A stretch of DNA of 64,000 nt. Source: an archaeon (GTDB lineage Archaea > Nanobdellota > Nanobdellia > Pacearchaeales > GW2011-AR1). The notes below the pieces were generated by a model, which saw nothing but the letters and a program-made list of their open reading frames with translations, had not been told where the DNA came from and made no database searches. The stretch is taken from NCBI GenBank assembly GCA_018697035.1, contig JABHSE010000004.1:131300-195299 (forward strand), read 5' to 3'. This document shows positions 36,861 through 45,888 of the stretch, one piece after another. How positions within the stretch are numbered: the first letter of the stretch is position 1; each line of letters opens with the position of its first letter. Position numbers and translations under genes: made by a program.

Positions 36861-36913
36861 GATATTAGTATTAATACTTATATAATAACTAATAAAATCA
36901 TTGGAGTTTATAT

Positions 36914-37162
36914 ATGGCATTAAATAATAATTATTTGGGACCTGGAGAGGTGTTAGAAATTGTTGAAGGACTTAAGAGGGACAAACTTGCATACTGGACG
37001 AATAAAAACTATATTCCCAGAGAAATTGAGCAACGGGGCAAGCGAGATTATACCTATTACCATAAAAAAGATATAAAGCTAATTCAAAACGCATACCAAT
37101 TAATCGTTGTAGGAGGAATGAAGGACAAAGAGGCTTTTGAACGGTTAAAAAAGAGTCTATAA
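36914..37162 (+). CDS. Small MerR-like HTH protein
   Basis: 82 aa. LGPGEVLEIVEGLKRDKLAYWTNKNYIP..YYHKKDIKLIQNAYQL resembles a MerR/excisionase-type HTH followed by a helix. Confidence 0.5.
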   Translation: MALNNNYLGPGEVLEIVEGLKRDKLAYWTNKNYIPREIEQRGKRDYTYYHKKDIKLIQNAYQLIVVGGMKDKEAFERLKKSL

Positions 37163-37299
37163 ATGGTTGCAAATTTTACTTGTAATATAGATAAGTTAGT
37201 GTTAGAAAGGCTTTTATTTGTTCATATCGAATTTGGTTCAGTTTAAGAGTCTTGGTATGTTAGAAATTTTTTTATGTTTGGATTAAGGTAAATTTTTAT

Positions 37300-38760
37300 A
37301 TGCTTGATAATAAGCTAATAATAATTAATAAAAATGAACTTAGTTCTAATGAATTTTGGCAAACAGTTACTAAATATTCTCCTAATTTATCAGATTGGGG
37401 AGTTGCCAGATTATCCGAAACATTAGATAAAGAAATTAAGACACTTGTCATAGAAAAGAAATATATTTGTAAAGATTTTCGAAACTTATACTCAAATTAT
37501 TATTCTAAAAAATTTAAAGAATCATCTTTTTATTGTGATAGGTTGCATTTTTTTTCATGTGATATTAAAAAGGAATTTGAACTAAAAATAAATCCGGAAA
37601 ATTATCGAAACAACTATCTTGGGTTCTCTGTGATCCGTCCAGTTCCAGGAAGATGTATTGGAAGAACTGTAATTGACCCATACAAGATTGGTAAAAGTTT
37701 CTCCAACGGATATTATTGCTTAAGAACAGAATTTAGAGTTAATATTTGCGGTGCTAATTATCTTGTGAGCGGATTTCCATACGCGTCTCAAGATACCGAA
37801 GTCACAGTATGTGCGCAAACTGCTTTATGGGGTGTTTGCAGATATTTCTCTGAAAGATATTCTTCTTATAAAGAAATATATCCTTTTGATTTGGTTTTAT
37901 TGACTGGGAACTCAAATGGTAGGACTTTCCCCTATAGGGGCATGAGTTATTCTGATTATTCAAAAATACTATCTGAATTTGGTGTTTTCCCGCAAATAAT
38001 TAAATTTGATAAAAATAAGAAGAATATTGCCTTGGAAGATAAATTCAAGGATGTATGTGCTTATGTTGAATCTGGTTTCCCAATATTAGCAAGTTTGGGG
38101 GGACATGTTGTTACTTTAATAGGCCATACACTGAATTATGAAAGAAAGATTCAATATGATTCGGACGGTTTCGGGCATAGCTCTGATTTAATAGATAATT
38201 TTATTGTCATTGATGACAATAAACAGCCTTATAGTTTATTGCCAATGAAAAAATGTAATTTATTGTCTATGAAAAAGAATGATTCAAATCTTTTCATAGA
38301 TTCAATACAAACGGCTGTTTGTCCTTTGCCAGAAAAAGTCTTTTTAACTGCAAAAAAAGCAAGGCTTATTGCATGTGAAAGCTTGCTAAAACTAAAAAAG
38401 GATCTTACTATAAAAGAAGATGGAGAGAAATGGATTACTCGATTATATTTGACAACATGCTCTGCGTTTAAGACTTTTAAATTAAAGGCAGCTGTTGAGA
38501 ATAAAGATAAATTATCTTATTTCGTATCGAATTTAGATTTACCACATTTTGTTTGGGTTATGGAAGTAAGTACGATTGATAATTATAAAAATAATACGTG
38601 TGTCGCAGAAATAATTTTAGATGCGACCTCTGGGATAAAAGATAAAGGACAGTTATATTTGCGTTTTGGTAAGCAGTTTTGGGTAAATGACATTGGGAAA
38701 AAAATTGATACTGCACCAAAGACATTTGATCTTTTTACACATAACTTAGGAGGGCCATGA
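37300..38760 (+). CDS. Putative papain-fold (C39/BtrH-like) cysteine peptidase domain protein
   Basis: 486 aa. Candidate Gln/Cys: SQDTEVTVCAQTALWGV. Candidate His: GGHVVTLIGHT. This is followed by VIDDN. By-eye assignment only. Confidence 0.5.
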   Translation: MLDNKLIIINKNELSSNEFWQTVTKYSPNLSDWGVARLSETLDKEIKTLVIEKKYICKDFRNLYSNYYSKKFKESSFYCDRLHFFSCDIKKEFELKINPENYRNNYLGFSVIRPVPGRCIGRTVIDPYKIGKSFSNGYYCLRTEFRVNICGANYLVSGFPYASQDTEVTVCAQTALWGVCRYFSERYSSYKEIYPFDLVLLTGNSNGRTFPYRGMSYSDYSKILSEFGVFPQIIKFDKNKKNIALEDKFKDVCAYVESGFPILASLGGHVVTLIGHTLNYERKIQYDSDGFGHSSDLIDNFIVIDDNKQPYSLLPMKKCNLLSMKKNDSNLFIDSIQTAVCPLPEKVFLTAKKARLIACESLLKLKKDLTIKEDGEKWITRLYLTTCSAFKTFKLKAAVENKDKLSYFVSNLDLPHFVWVMEVSTIDNYKNNTCVAEIILDATSGIKDKGQLYLRFGKQFWVNDIGKKIDTAPKTFDLFTHNLGGP

Positions 38761-38761
38761 T

Positions 38762-38962
38762 ATGCCAAGAACTTTAGAAGAAGAAATATCCCTAACCGTT
38801 GTTGAATTTAAAAATGGTGCTATTAAAAATACACTTTTTGAGGATGTAAATAATAAAATAATTTCTGATTCGGAAGCAAAGGATATAGATGAGGACTATT
38901 TGCAGTATGAGCGCGATTGGAATTCTATCGCCAATACAACGGTTGGCACGGAAGAGCGATAG
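38762..38962 (+). CDS. Small acidic protein
   Basis: 66 aa. The ATG lies 1 nt after the upstream stop, with a GGAGGG RBS inside the end of the upstream gene. Confidence 0.4.
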   Translation: MPRTLEEEISLTVVEFKNGAIKNTLFEDVNNKIISDSEAKDIDEDYLQYERDWNSIANTTVGTEER

Positions 38963-38965
38963 CAT

Positions 38966-39262
38966 ATGTTTATTTTTACTCTTTGTTTAGCCACGGTTAT
39001 TTATCTTGTTGTATTTAATATTATTCTAAAACCAAAAATAATTTCTCTACCAGGCGATAGCACTCTTGATTTTGGTTCTCAAAAAAGTGGTAATCAAGCA
39101 AATCCTAATTTGCGGCTTATTTTAAAATTTTTTATTTCACTAATCTTGTTAATATCTGCTCTTTTTATAGTATTCTTCCCATCAGCTAATCTTAGTCCGG
39201 AAGTCGAAAAGCTTGCCAGTGGGATTATTGGAGCAATAGTATCAAGCTGGATAAGCAGATAA
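38966..39262 (+). CDS. Small membrane protein (2-3 TM helices)
   Basis: 98 aa, starting 3 nt after the previous stop. Hydrophobic segments: FIFTLCLATVIYLVVFNIIL, FFISLILLISALFIVFF and IIGAIVSSWI. Confidence 0.45.
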   Translation: MFIFTLCLATVIYLVVFNIILKPKIISLPGDSTLDFGSQKSGNQANPNLRLILKFFISLILLISALFIVFFPSANLSPEVEKLASGIIGAIVSSWISR

Positions 39263-39264
39263 AA

Positions 39265-39540
39265 TTAATCCAAATAACAAACCGGCTTATCCCATAATTT
39301 GGAGATATCTTGTTGCTCTTTAATATAATCAGCTCTGCAAGTTGATGCTTTTACGGAATTATATTCTTTTTCGGTGCACATTCTTGGAACCATTTCTTTT
39401 TTAGAATAAATTTCTTTCAGGTCAGCGATTTCAATGTCTCGTTGAACTCTTTGAAATAAATCGTTATTAGTTGCATCCTTTACAAAATAATCGATAGATA
39501 AATAGATTTCACTTTCCAGACAACTTTTTCTATTACTCAT
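39265..39540 (-). CDS. Hypothetical protein
   Basis: 91-aa ORF convergent with the preceding operon. No family recognised. Confidence 0.4.
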   Translation of the reverse strand: MSNRKSCLESEIYLSIDYFVKDATNNDLFQRVQRDIEIADLKEIYSKKEMVPRMCTEKEYNSVKASTCRADYIKEQQDISKLWDKPVCYLD

Positions 39541-39657
39541 TTTATTTTAACCTTCCTGATACATGGATGTTTTAATACTTTGCTATACCGGTAGTTATGT
39601 TGGAAATCCCCCAATTCTAAAATATGCACGATTACCCTCGAATATGACTCCGCTCCT

Positions 39658-39684
39658 AATCCTTATACAACTCCTATAAACCCC
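39658..39684 (+). promoter_or_regulatory. Copy C of the recurring TATA-like motif
   Basis: aatccttatacaactcctataaacccc. It is followed by about 370 nt with several hairpins and no convincing ORF. Confidence 0.4.
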
Positions 39685-40057
39685 TTCCACCTAAACCTCC
39701 CAGAATAAAAGATCAAAAAACAATAACCTCAAACCAAAGGAGGAAAACGATTTAAAGCAAGGCAACAAATTCAACCCTTGCATACAACAGAACAAGTTCT
39801 GTTTTAAAAAATGAAGTCAAGAACTTCATCCAAAATCAGTTAAGAAATCTGAAAAAAACGGCAAGGCCCAGAATAAATCGAACCTTCTTAGCTGAGCCTC
39901 TATTAAAATTAACCGACCTGGTTTTTTTATTCAGACGTATTCCACGCCAAAATCTATTATCAAGCCTAAAGCTGACCTTTTCCAGGCAGCTTTTTTTATT
40001 TTCCCAAAAAGGAGATCCTCGTGAAAAACTAACCCATAACAAAAGGAGGCATCAATT

Positions 40058-40429
40058 ATGCCAATAGATTTTTTTGAAAAAGAACTCGGCAGGATTCAGG
40101 ACAGGTTCAATCAAACTTTTGGAGTTATGCCATTGTGCAATCCAAAAGTCAGAACCAGGATCATATTTGCAATTGTACAGATGTGCATTTTGCAAAGGAA
40201 AATCCTGAGAGAAAAACAAAAGGAGGATATCAACAGGTTTGTAAAAACCAAAGACAAACTGAACAAGATTTTCTCAACATTAACCAAAGAATCAGAAAGG
40301 AGACAACATGACACCAAAACTAAAAACCGAAACCCTCAGATTCATGAATCAGGTAATGGAAGATCTGGAGACATGTGCCTGCCAGAAGTGCGGAACAGTT
40401 TATCAAATCGGATTTGTAAAACCGGGTGA
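40058..40429 (+). CDS. Hypothetical protein (3' end uncertain; overlaps the next gene by 122 nt)
   Basis: Very strong RBS (AAAGGAGGcatcaattATG). The last ~40 codons overlap the well-supported gene at 40308. Confidence 0.35.
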   Translation: MPIDFFEKELGRIQDRFNQTFGVMPLCNPKVRTRIIFAIVQMCILQRKILREKQKEDINRFVKTKDKLNKIFSTLTKESERRQHDTKTKNRNPQIHESGNGRSGDMCLPEVRNSLSNRICKTG

Positions 40430-40742
40430 AAATTACAATGATTTTGGAATCTGGTTTTGTCCCTATTGTGGAGACTTAACTGAAAGCATTCCTGACTGGG
40501 TAAAAGATAGAACACATAAACTGGAACCCAACTATGTTTTGTTCACGATATCAGGAGGGCTTATTGATCAGGTAAAATTTTATGCTGAGCCGATAACTGC
40601 CGTAACCGCTTTATTGGATTTTGTTAAAACAATGGATGTAGAAAACGGGGATGCCGGAATTTATGGCAAATATGGATTGATTGCAAACGCCAAAGATTTC
40701 CTGGATGAAAATGATGAGGTTACAAAAAACCCAGGGGTGTGA
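40308..40742 (+). CDS. Zinc-ribbon protein
   Basis: 144 aa with an AAAGGAG RBS. Two CxxC pairs: CQKCG...CPYCG. Confidence 0.55.
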   Translation: MTPKLKTETLRFMNQVMEDLETCACQKCGTVYQIGFVKPGENYNDFGIWFCPYCGDLTESIPDWVKDRTHKLEPNYVLFTISGGLIDQVKFYAEPITAVTALLDFVKTMDVENGDAGIYGKYGLIANAKDFLDENDEVTKNPGV

Positions 40743-40864
40743 ATATGGGATACAATAGCTCTATCCTGGGAAGACGGCGAATTATGTTTAGAAGGAAAGG
40801 TTCGTCGCTGTATTTTTGCGGTAAACCAGAATAGTATTTACATAAATATCCAAACCAAACATAG

Positions 40865-40900
40865 GCTTTCTTGAGATTTCTCAAGGGGGCTTTTTATTTT
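40865..40900 (+). terminator. Intrinsic terminator, copy 1 of a repeated terminator-RBS unit
   Basis: gctttcttgaga-tt-tctcaagggggc followed by tttttattttt and then AGGAGG. It is nearly identical to 41513-41546. Confidence 0.65.
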
Positions 40901-40914
40901 TCAGGAGGTAATCT

Positions 40915-41451
40915 ATGAAAGAATATACTAACAACCCAGGCAAAAGAAATGAAACAGCCATCTTTTGGGAAGATTTAAAATCAGGGCGTTTTGCTTCAAT
41001 GATTAAAGAATCATCTAAAGGAAACGCGCTTTCAAATGCTTTGGAAGTATGCAACATCATGAAACCTTTTTTTGCCCGACATGAAGATGTAGAAAAGATG
41101 TACTGTATTTTTCTTGATGCAAAAAATAAAATCATTGCTATTGAAAAGATGTTTTCAGGTTCAATCAGAAGTTCAGCGGTATACCCCAGAGAAATCGTCA
41201 AACTGGTGTTGGAAAAAAAAGCGGCGGCAGTAATTTTGACACATAATCATCCTTCAGGTTGCGAAACACCATCATCTGAAGATTTCATGATTACAGCAAG
41301 AATTACTATTGCTCTTTCAAGCATTGAAGTTGCCTTGCATGATCATCTGATCATTGGTGAGAATTTTTACAGTTTCGCTGACCAGGGATGGCTAGCCAAA
41401 GCAAAACAAAGGTATGATGAATTCATATCATCCAGTAAACACATAATGTGA
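40915..41451 (+). CDS. radC: RadC-like JAB/MPN domain protein
   Basis: AVILTHNHPSGCETPSSEDFMITARI carries the HxHPSG..PSxxD JAMM-like signature of RadC. Confidence 0.85.
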   Translation: MKEYTNNPGKRNETAIFWEDLKSGRFASMIKESSKGNALSNALEVCNIMKPFFARHEDVEKMYCIFLDAKNKIIAIEKMFSGSIRSSAVYPREIVKLVLEKKAAAVILTHNHPSGCETPSSEDFMITARITIALSSIEVALHDHLIIGENFYSFADQGWLAKAKQRYDEFISSSKHIM

Positions 41452-41512
41452 AGAATGTGGCAACGCAGGTACTTTCCACAATAAATTAAATCGGTTCAAT
41501 TATAAATCAGGG

Positions 41513-41546
41513 GCTTTCTTGAGATTTCTCAAGAGGGCTTTTTTTA
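41513..41546 (+). terminator. Intrinsic terminator, copy 2 of the repeated unit
   Basis: gctttcttgaga-tt-tctcaagagggc followed by tttttttattttt. Confidence 0.65.
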
Positions 41547-41582
41547 TTTTTGGAGCAATAGAAAAATGAAAGGAGCATTAAA

Positions 41583-41954
41583 ATGAATAATGTAGTGGCA
41601 ATGTTTAAAAATAATTCCCAGAACCATTTAACACATCAGGGGATTAAAAGTATTCGGGATCTTCAAATTCATCTTCAGGAAATTTTTGAAAAATCAGATC
41701 ATCAGGACTCAGTTATAGTCAAACTCTACAAAATGCTGTTTCCGGACTGGGAAAAAATCCAGAGGATTGAAGGTTTTCCAGAAGTTGGACAGACTTTGTG
41801 GGATTATATCTGCAATTTGTTTATTGAGTTTGACAGAGAGCATCATCCTGGATGTTTTAAAGGCGGCGCATGGATTAACCGGGGCTTTTCATCAAGCTAT
41901 AAGCTTGAGCCCTGGGAGATCAATCTTGAAGACTGTAAAGTTATCTATTCTTAG
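41583..41954 (+). CDS. Hypothetical protein
   Basis: 123 aa with RBS AAAGGAGcattaaaATG. Confidence 0.5.
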   Translation: MNNVVAMFKNNSQNHLTHQGIKSIRDLQIHLQEIFEKSDHQDSVIVKLYKMLFPDWEKIQRIEGFPEVGQTLWDYICNLFIEFDREHHPGCFKGGAWINRGFSSSYKLEPWEINLEDCKVIYS

Positions 41955-42071
41955 TATTCTATCGCAAAAGTAATCCCGCCAGAAAACCAATCTTATAAAT
42001 TAACCAAAGAAGCCGGTAAGAAACCTTTTTCAGGGTTTTCGCCGGTTTCTTTATTTTTGAAAGGAGTTCTT

Positions 42072-42260
42072 ATGACTAAAGAACAAAGGCAATCATACCA
42101 GGAACCGGAGAAACTGCGAGAAATCTTAAGGCAACTCAAAGGCAAAAAATTCAAACTGGACTGCGGCCATCACGTCATTTTCGGGCACTATCTGGGGAGT
42201 GACATTACCATCAGAAATGGCGCAAACCCTGAAATCACCTGCTCACTATGCGGGTATTAA
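42072..42260 (+). CDS. Small Cys/His-containing protein
   Basis: The start is moved to the ATG at 42072 (GAAAGGAG RBS). Sequence includes ..FKLDCGHHVIFGHY..EITCSLCGY. Confidence 0.45.
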   Translation: MTKEQRQSYQEPEKLREILRQLKGKKFKLDCGHHVIFGHYLGSDITIRNGANPEITCSLCGY

Positions 42261-42276
42261 AAAAAGGAGAAAATCA

Positions 42277-43686
42277 ATGGATATTACAAATTATATGAAA
42301 GCCGGCTATCCGGCAATTTATATCAATACAACGGAAACTGACAGGGCAATCGAATCAATCCATGCAGATGGATATGAATCCTTTGCATGGGACTGCCTGC
42401 GAGGAATTATATCACCTGAAACAAACCGCACGGTTGAAGATGTTATTGACCCATTAGGAGCTTTACAATGGCTTTCAGACAGGCAGGAGTCAATACTGAT
42501 TGTCCAAAATTTTCATCATTTCCTGGGCTCGGTTGAAATCCTTCAGGCTATTGCAAATAATATTCATATATATAAAGGCCAGGGATCTTGCCTTATCATG
42601 GCAGGACCACATCTGACCCTGCCCCAAGAGATTGAAAAATATTTTACAGTCCTGGACTTTGCACTGCCTTCAACACAAGATCTCACAGGTATCATGCAGG
42701 AGCTTGGTGAGGCGGTAGGGGTTGATATCAATCCAACAGCTGTTGAAGCTGCAAAAGGTTTGACTGAATTTGAAGCAGAAACCGCTTTTGCCCTGAGTCT
42801 GGTAGAAACTAAGAGTTTTGATCCTGAGATCATCACAAAGCAAAAAAGGATGATGATCCGGCGGACCGGTTTGATGGAATTTTTTCCACCAGTTCCCATG
42901 GATCAGGTTGGAGGTCTTGAACCTTTCAAACAATACCTAGGCAACAGGATCAAAGCGTTTGAATTGGGCAATGAATATTTGCCAAAACCCAAAGCTCTCT
43001 TGCTTGTGGGGATACCCGGGACTGGGAAATCCCTATCCTGCAAAGCGGCGGCATCGATTTTGAACTGGCCTTTGATCCGGCTGGATATATCAGCCCTTAA
43101 AGGATCTCTGGTTGGTGAGTCTGAAAAGAAAATGCGTCAGGCCACAGCAACCATTGATGCATTTGGCAAAGCCGTGGTCTGGCTTGATGAAATTGAGAAA
43201 TCCTTTTCAGGGATTAAATCATCGGGTCAGTCCGACGGCGGAACCACTGCAGGTATGTTTGGACATTTTCTGACATGGATACAGGAAACAAGCTCACCAA
43301 TCCTTGTCATGGCAACTGCCAATGATATCTCAAGTCTGCCTCCTGAATTCATGAGAGCGGGAAGATTTGATGCAATGTTTTTTGTTGATATCCCAACCAC
43401 AAAAGAACGCTTGGAAATTATCCGAATCATGAATGAACGCTATAATTCTTTGATTCCGGAAGATCAGGTTCAGGCATTGCAGGGGTGGACAGGGGCTGAG
43501 ATTGAGCAGCTTGCAAAAGACAGTCTCTTTGACGGGCTTGATACTGCAATTGCTAACATCGTGCCGCTTTCAAAAACAATGAAAGAAGATATCGGATCTC
43601 TTCGTGACTGGGCAAAATCAAGGGCCAGGCGCGCAAACGATTACACGGAAAATGAAGTTCAACTAAAAGTAAGGAGGATCTCATGA
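42277..43686 (+). CDS. AAA+ ATPase (Ycf46-like)
   Basis: The start is moved to the ATG at 42277 (AAAAAGGAG RBS). Walker A: LLVGIPGTGKSLS. Walker B: VVWLDEIEK. A sensor/arginine-finger region includes RAGRFD. Confidence 0.85.
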   Translation: MDITNYMKAGYPAIYINTTETDRAIESIHADGYESFAWDCLRGIISPETNRTVEDVIDPLGALQWLSDRQESILIVQNFHHFLGSVEILQAIANNIHIYKGQGSCLIMAGPHLTLPQEIEKYFTVLDFALPSTQDLTGIMQELGEAVGVDINPTAVEAAKGLTEFEAETAFALSLVETKSFDPEIITKQKRMMIRRTGLMEFFPPVPMDQVGGLEPFKQYLGNRIKAFELGNEYLPKPKALLLVGIPGTGKSLSCKAAASILNWPLIRLDISALKGSLVGESEKKMRQATATIDAFGKAVVWLDEIEKSFSGIKSSGQSDGGTTAGMFGHFLTWIQETSSPILVMATANDISSLPPEFMRAGRFDAMFFVDIPTTKERLEIIRIMNERYNSLIPEDQVQALQGWTGAEIEQLAKDSLFDGLDTAIANIVPLSKTMKEDIGSLRDWAKSRARRANDYTENEVQLKVRRIS

Positions 43687-44054
43687 GTCATATTGCAAAG
43701 ATTGAATTGGAAGTCACAGACCTTGATTCATTATCCAAGGCCTGCCAGCAAATCGGGTTAAACCTGGTACGTGGTAAGACAAGCTTTAAATGGTACAACG
43801 GGAACGGCAATTGCGATCATGCAATTGAAATCCCCGGCGCCAGCTATGAAATAGGTCTTGTCTTAAAAGAAGATAAATACGAACTGCAAACCGATTTCTG
43901 GGATAAAGGAATAGAATCTGCCATTGGTAAAAATGGCGGATTTCTAAAACAAAGGTATGCAGTTGAACGAACCCGGTCTGAAGCACTCAAAAAAGGTTAC
44001 CGGGTTATTGAAAAACAAACCGATAACGGTATCCGGCTTCATGTCCGGATGTAA
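43683..44054 (+). CDS. DUF1257-family protein
   Basis: The MSHIAKIELEVTDLDSLSKACQQIGL N-terminus is typical of DUF1257 (Ycf35-like). ATGA overlap with the AAA+ gene. Confidence 0.7.
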   Translation: MSHIAKIELEVTDLDSLSKACQQIGLNLVRGKTSFKWYNGNGNCDHAIEIPGASYEIGLVLKEDKYELQTDFWDKGIESAIGKNGGFLKQRYAVERTRSEALKKGYRVIEKQTDNGIRLHVRM

Positions 44055-44077
44055 TTTTTTAAAAAGGAGCTATAATT

Positions 44078-44275
44078 ATGAAAGAGATCATTATAGACAT
44101 CTCTAATGATGGAGAAGTGAAGATTGAAACTCGTGGGTTTCAGGGCAAATCATGTATCGCTGAAAGTCAGTTTATTAAGGATCTGCTCGGAACAGAAATT
44201 CAAAAGCAGCTCACGCCCGCATATTATCATGAAAACAAAGTGCCGGTTAGAAAGTATCTTCCGATCTGCGGATAA
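44078..44275 (+). CDS. DUF2997-family protein
   Basis: IIIDISNDGEVKIETRGFQGKSCIAESQFIKDLLG matches the DUF2997 pattern (I.pdG.V..e..G..G.sC). Confidence 0.7.
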   Translation: MKEIIIDISNDGEVKIETRGFQGKSCIAESQFIKDLLGTEIQKQLTPAYYHENKVPVRKYLPICG

Positions 44276-44373
44276 GTTCTAAATTCCTAAACATTTTTCA
44301 AATTTACAATATTAATTGCAAAGCCTCAGTACCTCATGGTTCTGGGGCTTTCTTATTTAAAAAGGAGTATGTC

Positions 44374-45255
44374 ATGACAGAAAACATTTTTCAAAAAGGT
44401 TGTCTGGTTCAAATGTCTGTATCCAAGTGGGGCGGAGTAAAGAAAATAGATAAATCAAAACTCTCAAACATGGTGGATCAAGCAGAATATGACTGGGTGA
44501 CTGCAACAAAAAAACTGGTTGATCCAGAAAGCCTTAAACCCATCTGCAAGATTAATAATTTTGCCAGAAACTGGCTTACAACAATAAGCCTGCCTTTCCC
44601 AATAACCGGAATGGTGTTTGTTCCAAAAGATTTGATCAATTGTGTAGATGAGAAACTCGGTGAATTTAAAATCAAATTTAATGAGGCTGTCCAGGATTTT
44701 ATTCAGGATTACAGCTGGCTTCGTGAAACCGCAAAAACCTATCTTGGGGATCTGTTCAATGAGATTGATTACCCGGTTGATATTGGTGGCAAATTCAATT
44801 TCAACTGGCGTTTTATCATCCTTGATGTTCCCAATGGCGATACCAGGCTTTTGGCTCCTGAAGTCTATGCCCGGGAAAAAGAAAAATTCATCCAGACCAT
44901 GGAAGAAGCAAGGGGCATGGCAATAGATGCTCTCAGGGAAGAATTCGCTCAGATGGTTGAAAGAATCACCGATCGATTTGTGCAAAATGAAAACGGTAAG
45001 TCCAAAATATTCAAAAACACGACGGTTGAGAGTTTTTATGACTATTTTCAGACGTTCAAGGATCGAAATATTTTCCAGGACCATGAGCTTACAACTCTTG
45101 TAAACCGTGCCCAGGCTGTTTTGAACGGCAGCAATGTTGAGCAGATTCGATCAAGCGACAACCTGAAAGAAAATATCAGGTCGGGCATGACGGATATTGA
45201 AAATACACTTACCCAAATTTTTAACCGACCACGAAGAAAGATTGTTATAGATTGA
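44374..45255 (+). CDS. DUF3150-like protein (assignment from memory, uncertain)
   Basis: 293 aa. The N-terminus CLVQMSVSKWGGVKKIDKSKL resembles the 'isiWsGrkkL' start I associate with DUF3150. RBS AAAAAGGAG. Confidence 0.5.
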   Translation: MTENIFQKGCLVQMSVSKWGGVKKIDKSKLSNMVDQAEYDWVTATKKLVDPESLKPICKINNFARNWLTTISLPFPITGMVFVPKDLINCVDEKLGEFKIKFNEAVQDFIQDYSWLRETAKTYLGDLFNEIDYPVDIGGKFNFNWRFIILDVPNGDTRLLAPEVYAREKEKFIQTMEEARGMAIDALREEFAQMVERITDRFVQNENGKSKIFKNTTVESFYDYFQTFKDRNIFQDHELTTLVNRAQAVLNGSNVEQIRSSDNLKENIRSGMTDIENTLTQIFNRPRRKIVID

Positions 45256-45303
45256 TGGAATACACACTTGTGTAAATGTGGTGAAATTGTTGGTATCTGA
45301 TTT

Positions 45304-45343
45304 AGAAGCCCTCTTTTGCCTCGAAGAGGGCTTCTATTTTTTT
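45304..45343 (+). terminator. Rho-independent terminator
   Basis: A perfect 12-bp stem (agaagccctctt at 45304-45315 / aagagggcttct at 45324-45335), followed by atttttttt. Confidence 0.8.
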
Positions 45344-45418
45344 ATCAGCTCAAGATTTTTTCTGCCTGGAAATTCTTTTTATCCCATCTATTCTATAATC
45401 CCATTTCCTTTAAATCCG

Positions 45419-45445
45419 AATTCTTATACAACCCCTATAAGCCCC
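45419..45445 (+). promoter_or_regulatory. Copy D of the recurring TATA-like motif
   Basis: aattcttatacaacccctataagcccc. The downstream gttaccattccataattaaacacaATG is closely similar to copy E. Confidence 0.45.
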
Positions 45446-45475
45446 CATTCCGTTACCATTCCATAATTAAACACA

Positions 45476-45651
45476 ATGGCAAAAGATAATTTAGAAACAA
45501 GAGTAAAAAAATCCGTGCTTAAAATAGAGAAGAGTCTCTCCGGTGTCTACAATATACTGACTGATTTTAGTCTTAAACTCTGCCACATAATTGAAAGGAT
45601 GGGAGATCATTACCGGGGTAACGGCGCGAATCCTTATTATACCGGTTCGTA
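45476..45651 (+). CDS. Small ORF (58 aa) below the track cutoff
   Basis: The ATG at 45476 sits in the same position relative to motif D as the ATG at 49229 does to motif E. Product: MAKDNLETRVKKSVLKIEKSLSGVYNILTDFSLKLCHIIERMGDHYRGNGANPYYTGS. Confidence 0.3.
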
Positions 45652-45693
45652 AAGTTGTACAATGTTATAAAGCGGTTTTCTGCTTACAAAAAT

Positions 45694-45888
45694 ATGACAT
45701 GTAAATTTTGTGGTGAAAAAGATAAATCAAGGCTTGGTATGAGAAGCAGCGTTGTGAATGGAAAGGTTGAAACCGTTGAGATTTGCTCTTCATGTTTGGG
45801 GGAAAAGCTGATGTTTGGTGAAATTGAAAGTGGAAAGTTATTATCAGAAGAAAAACAATTTGCGAGAGAAACAGCCAAGAATAAATGA
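45694..45888 (+). CDS. Small zinc-ribbon protein
   Basis: MTCKFCGEKD...ICSSCLGEK contains two CxxC pairs. The start could also be the TTG at 45655. Confidence 0.4.
   Translation: MTCKFCGEKDKSRLGMRSSVVNGKVETVEICSSCLGEKLMFGEIESGKLLSEEKQFARETAKNK

Noticed and set aside
44464-45084. 206-aa minus-strand ORF.
   Set aside because: It is fully antisense to the 293-aa plus-strand gene, which has a strong RBS and belongs to a co-directional operon. The minus-strand ORF has no RBS and no recognisable motifs.
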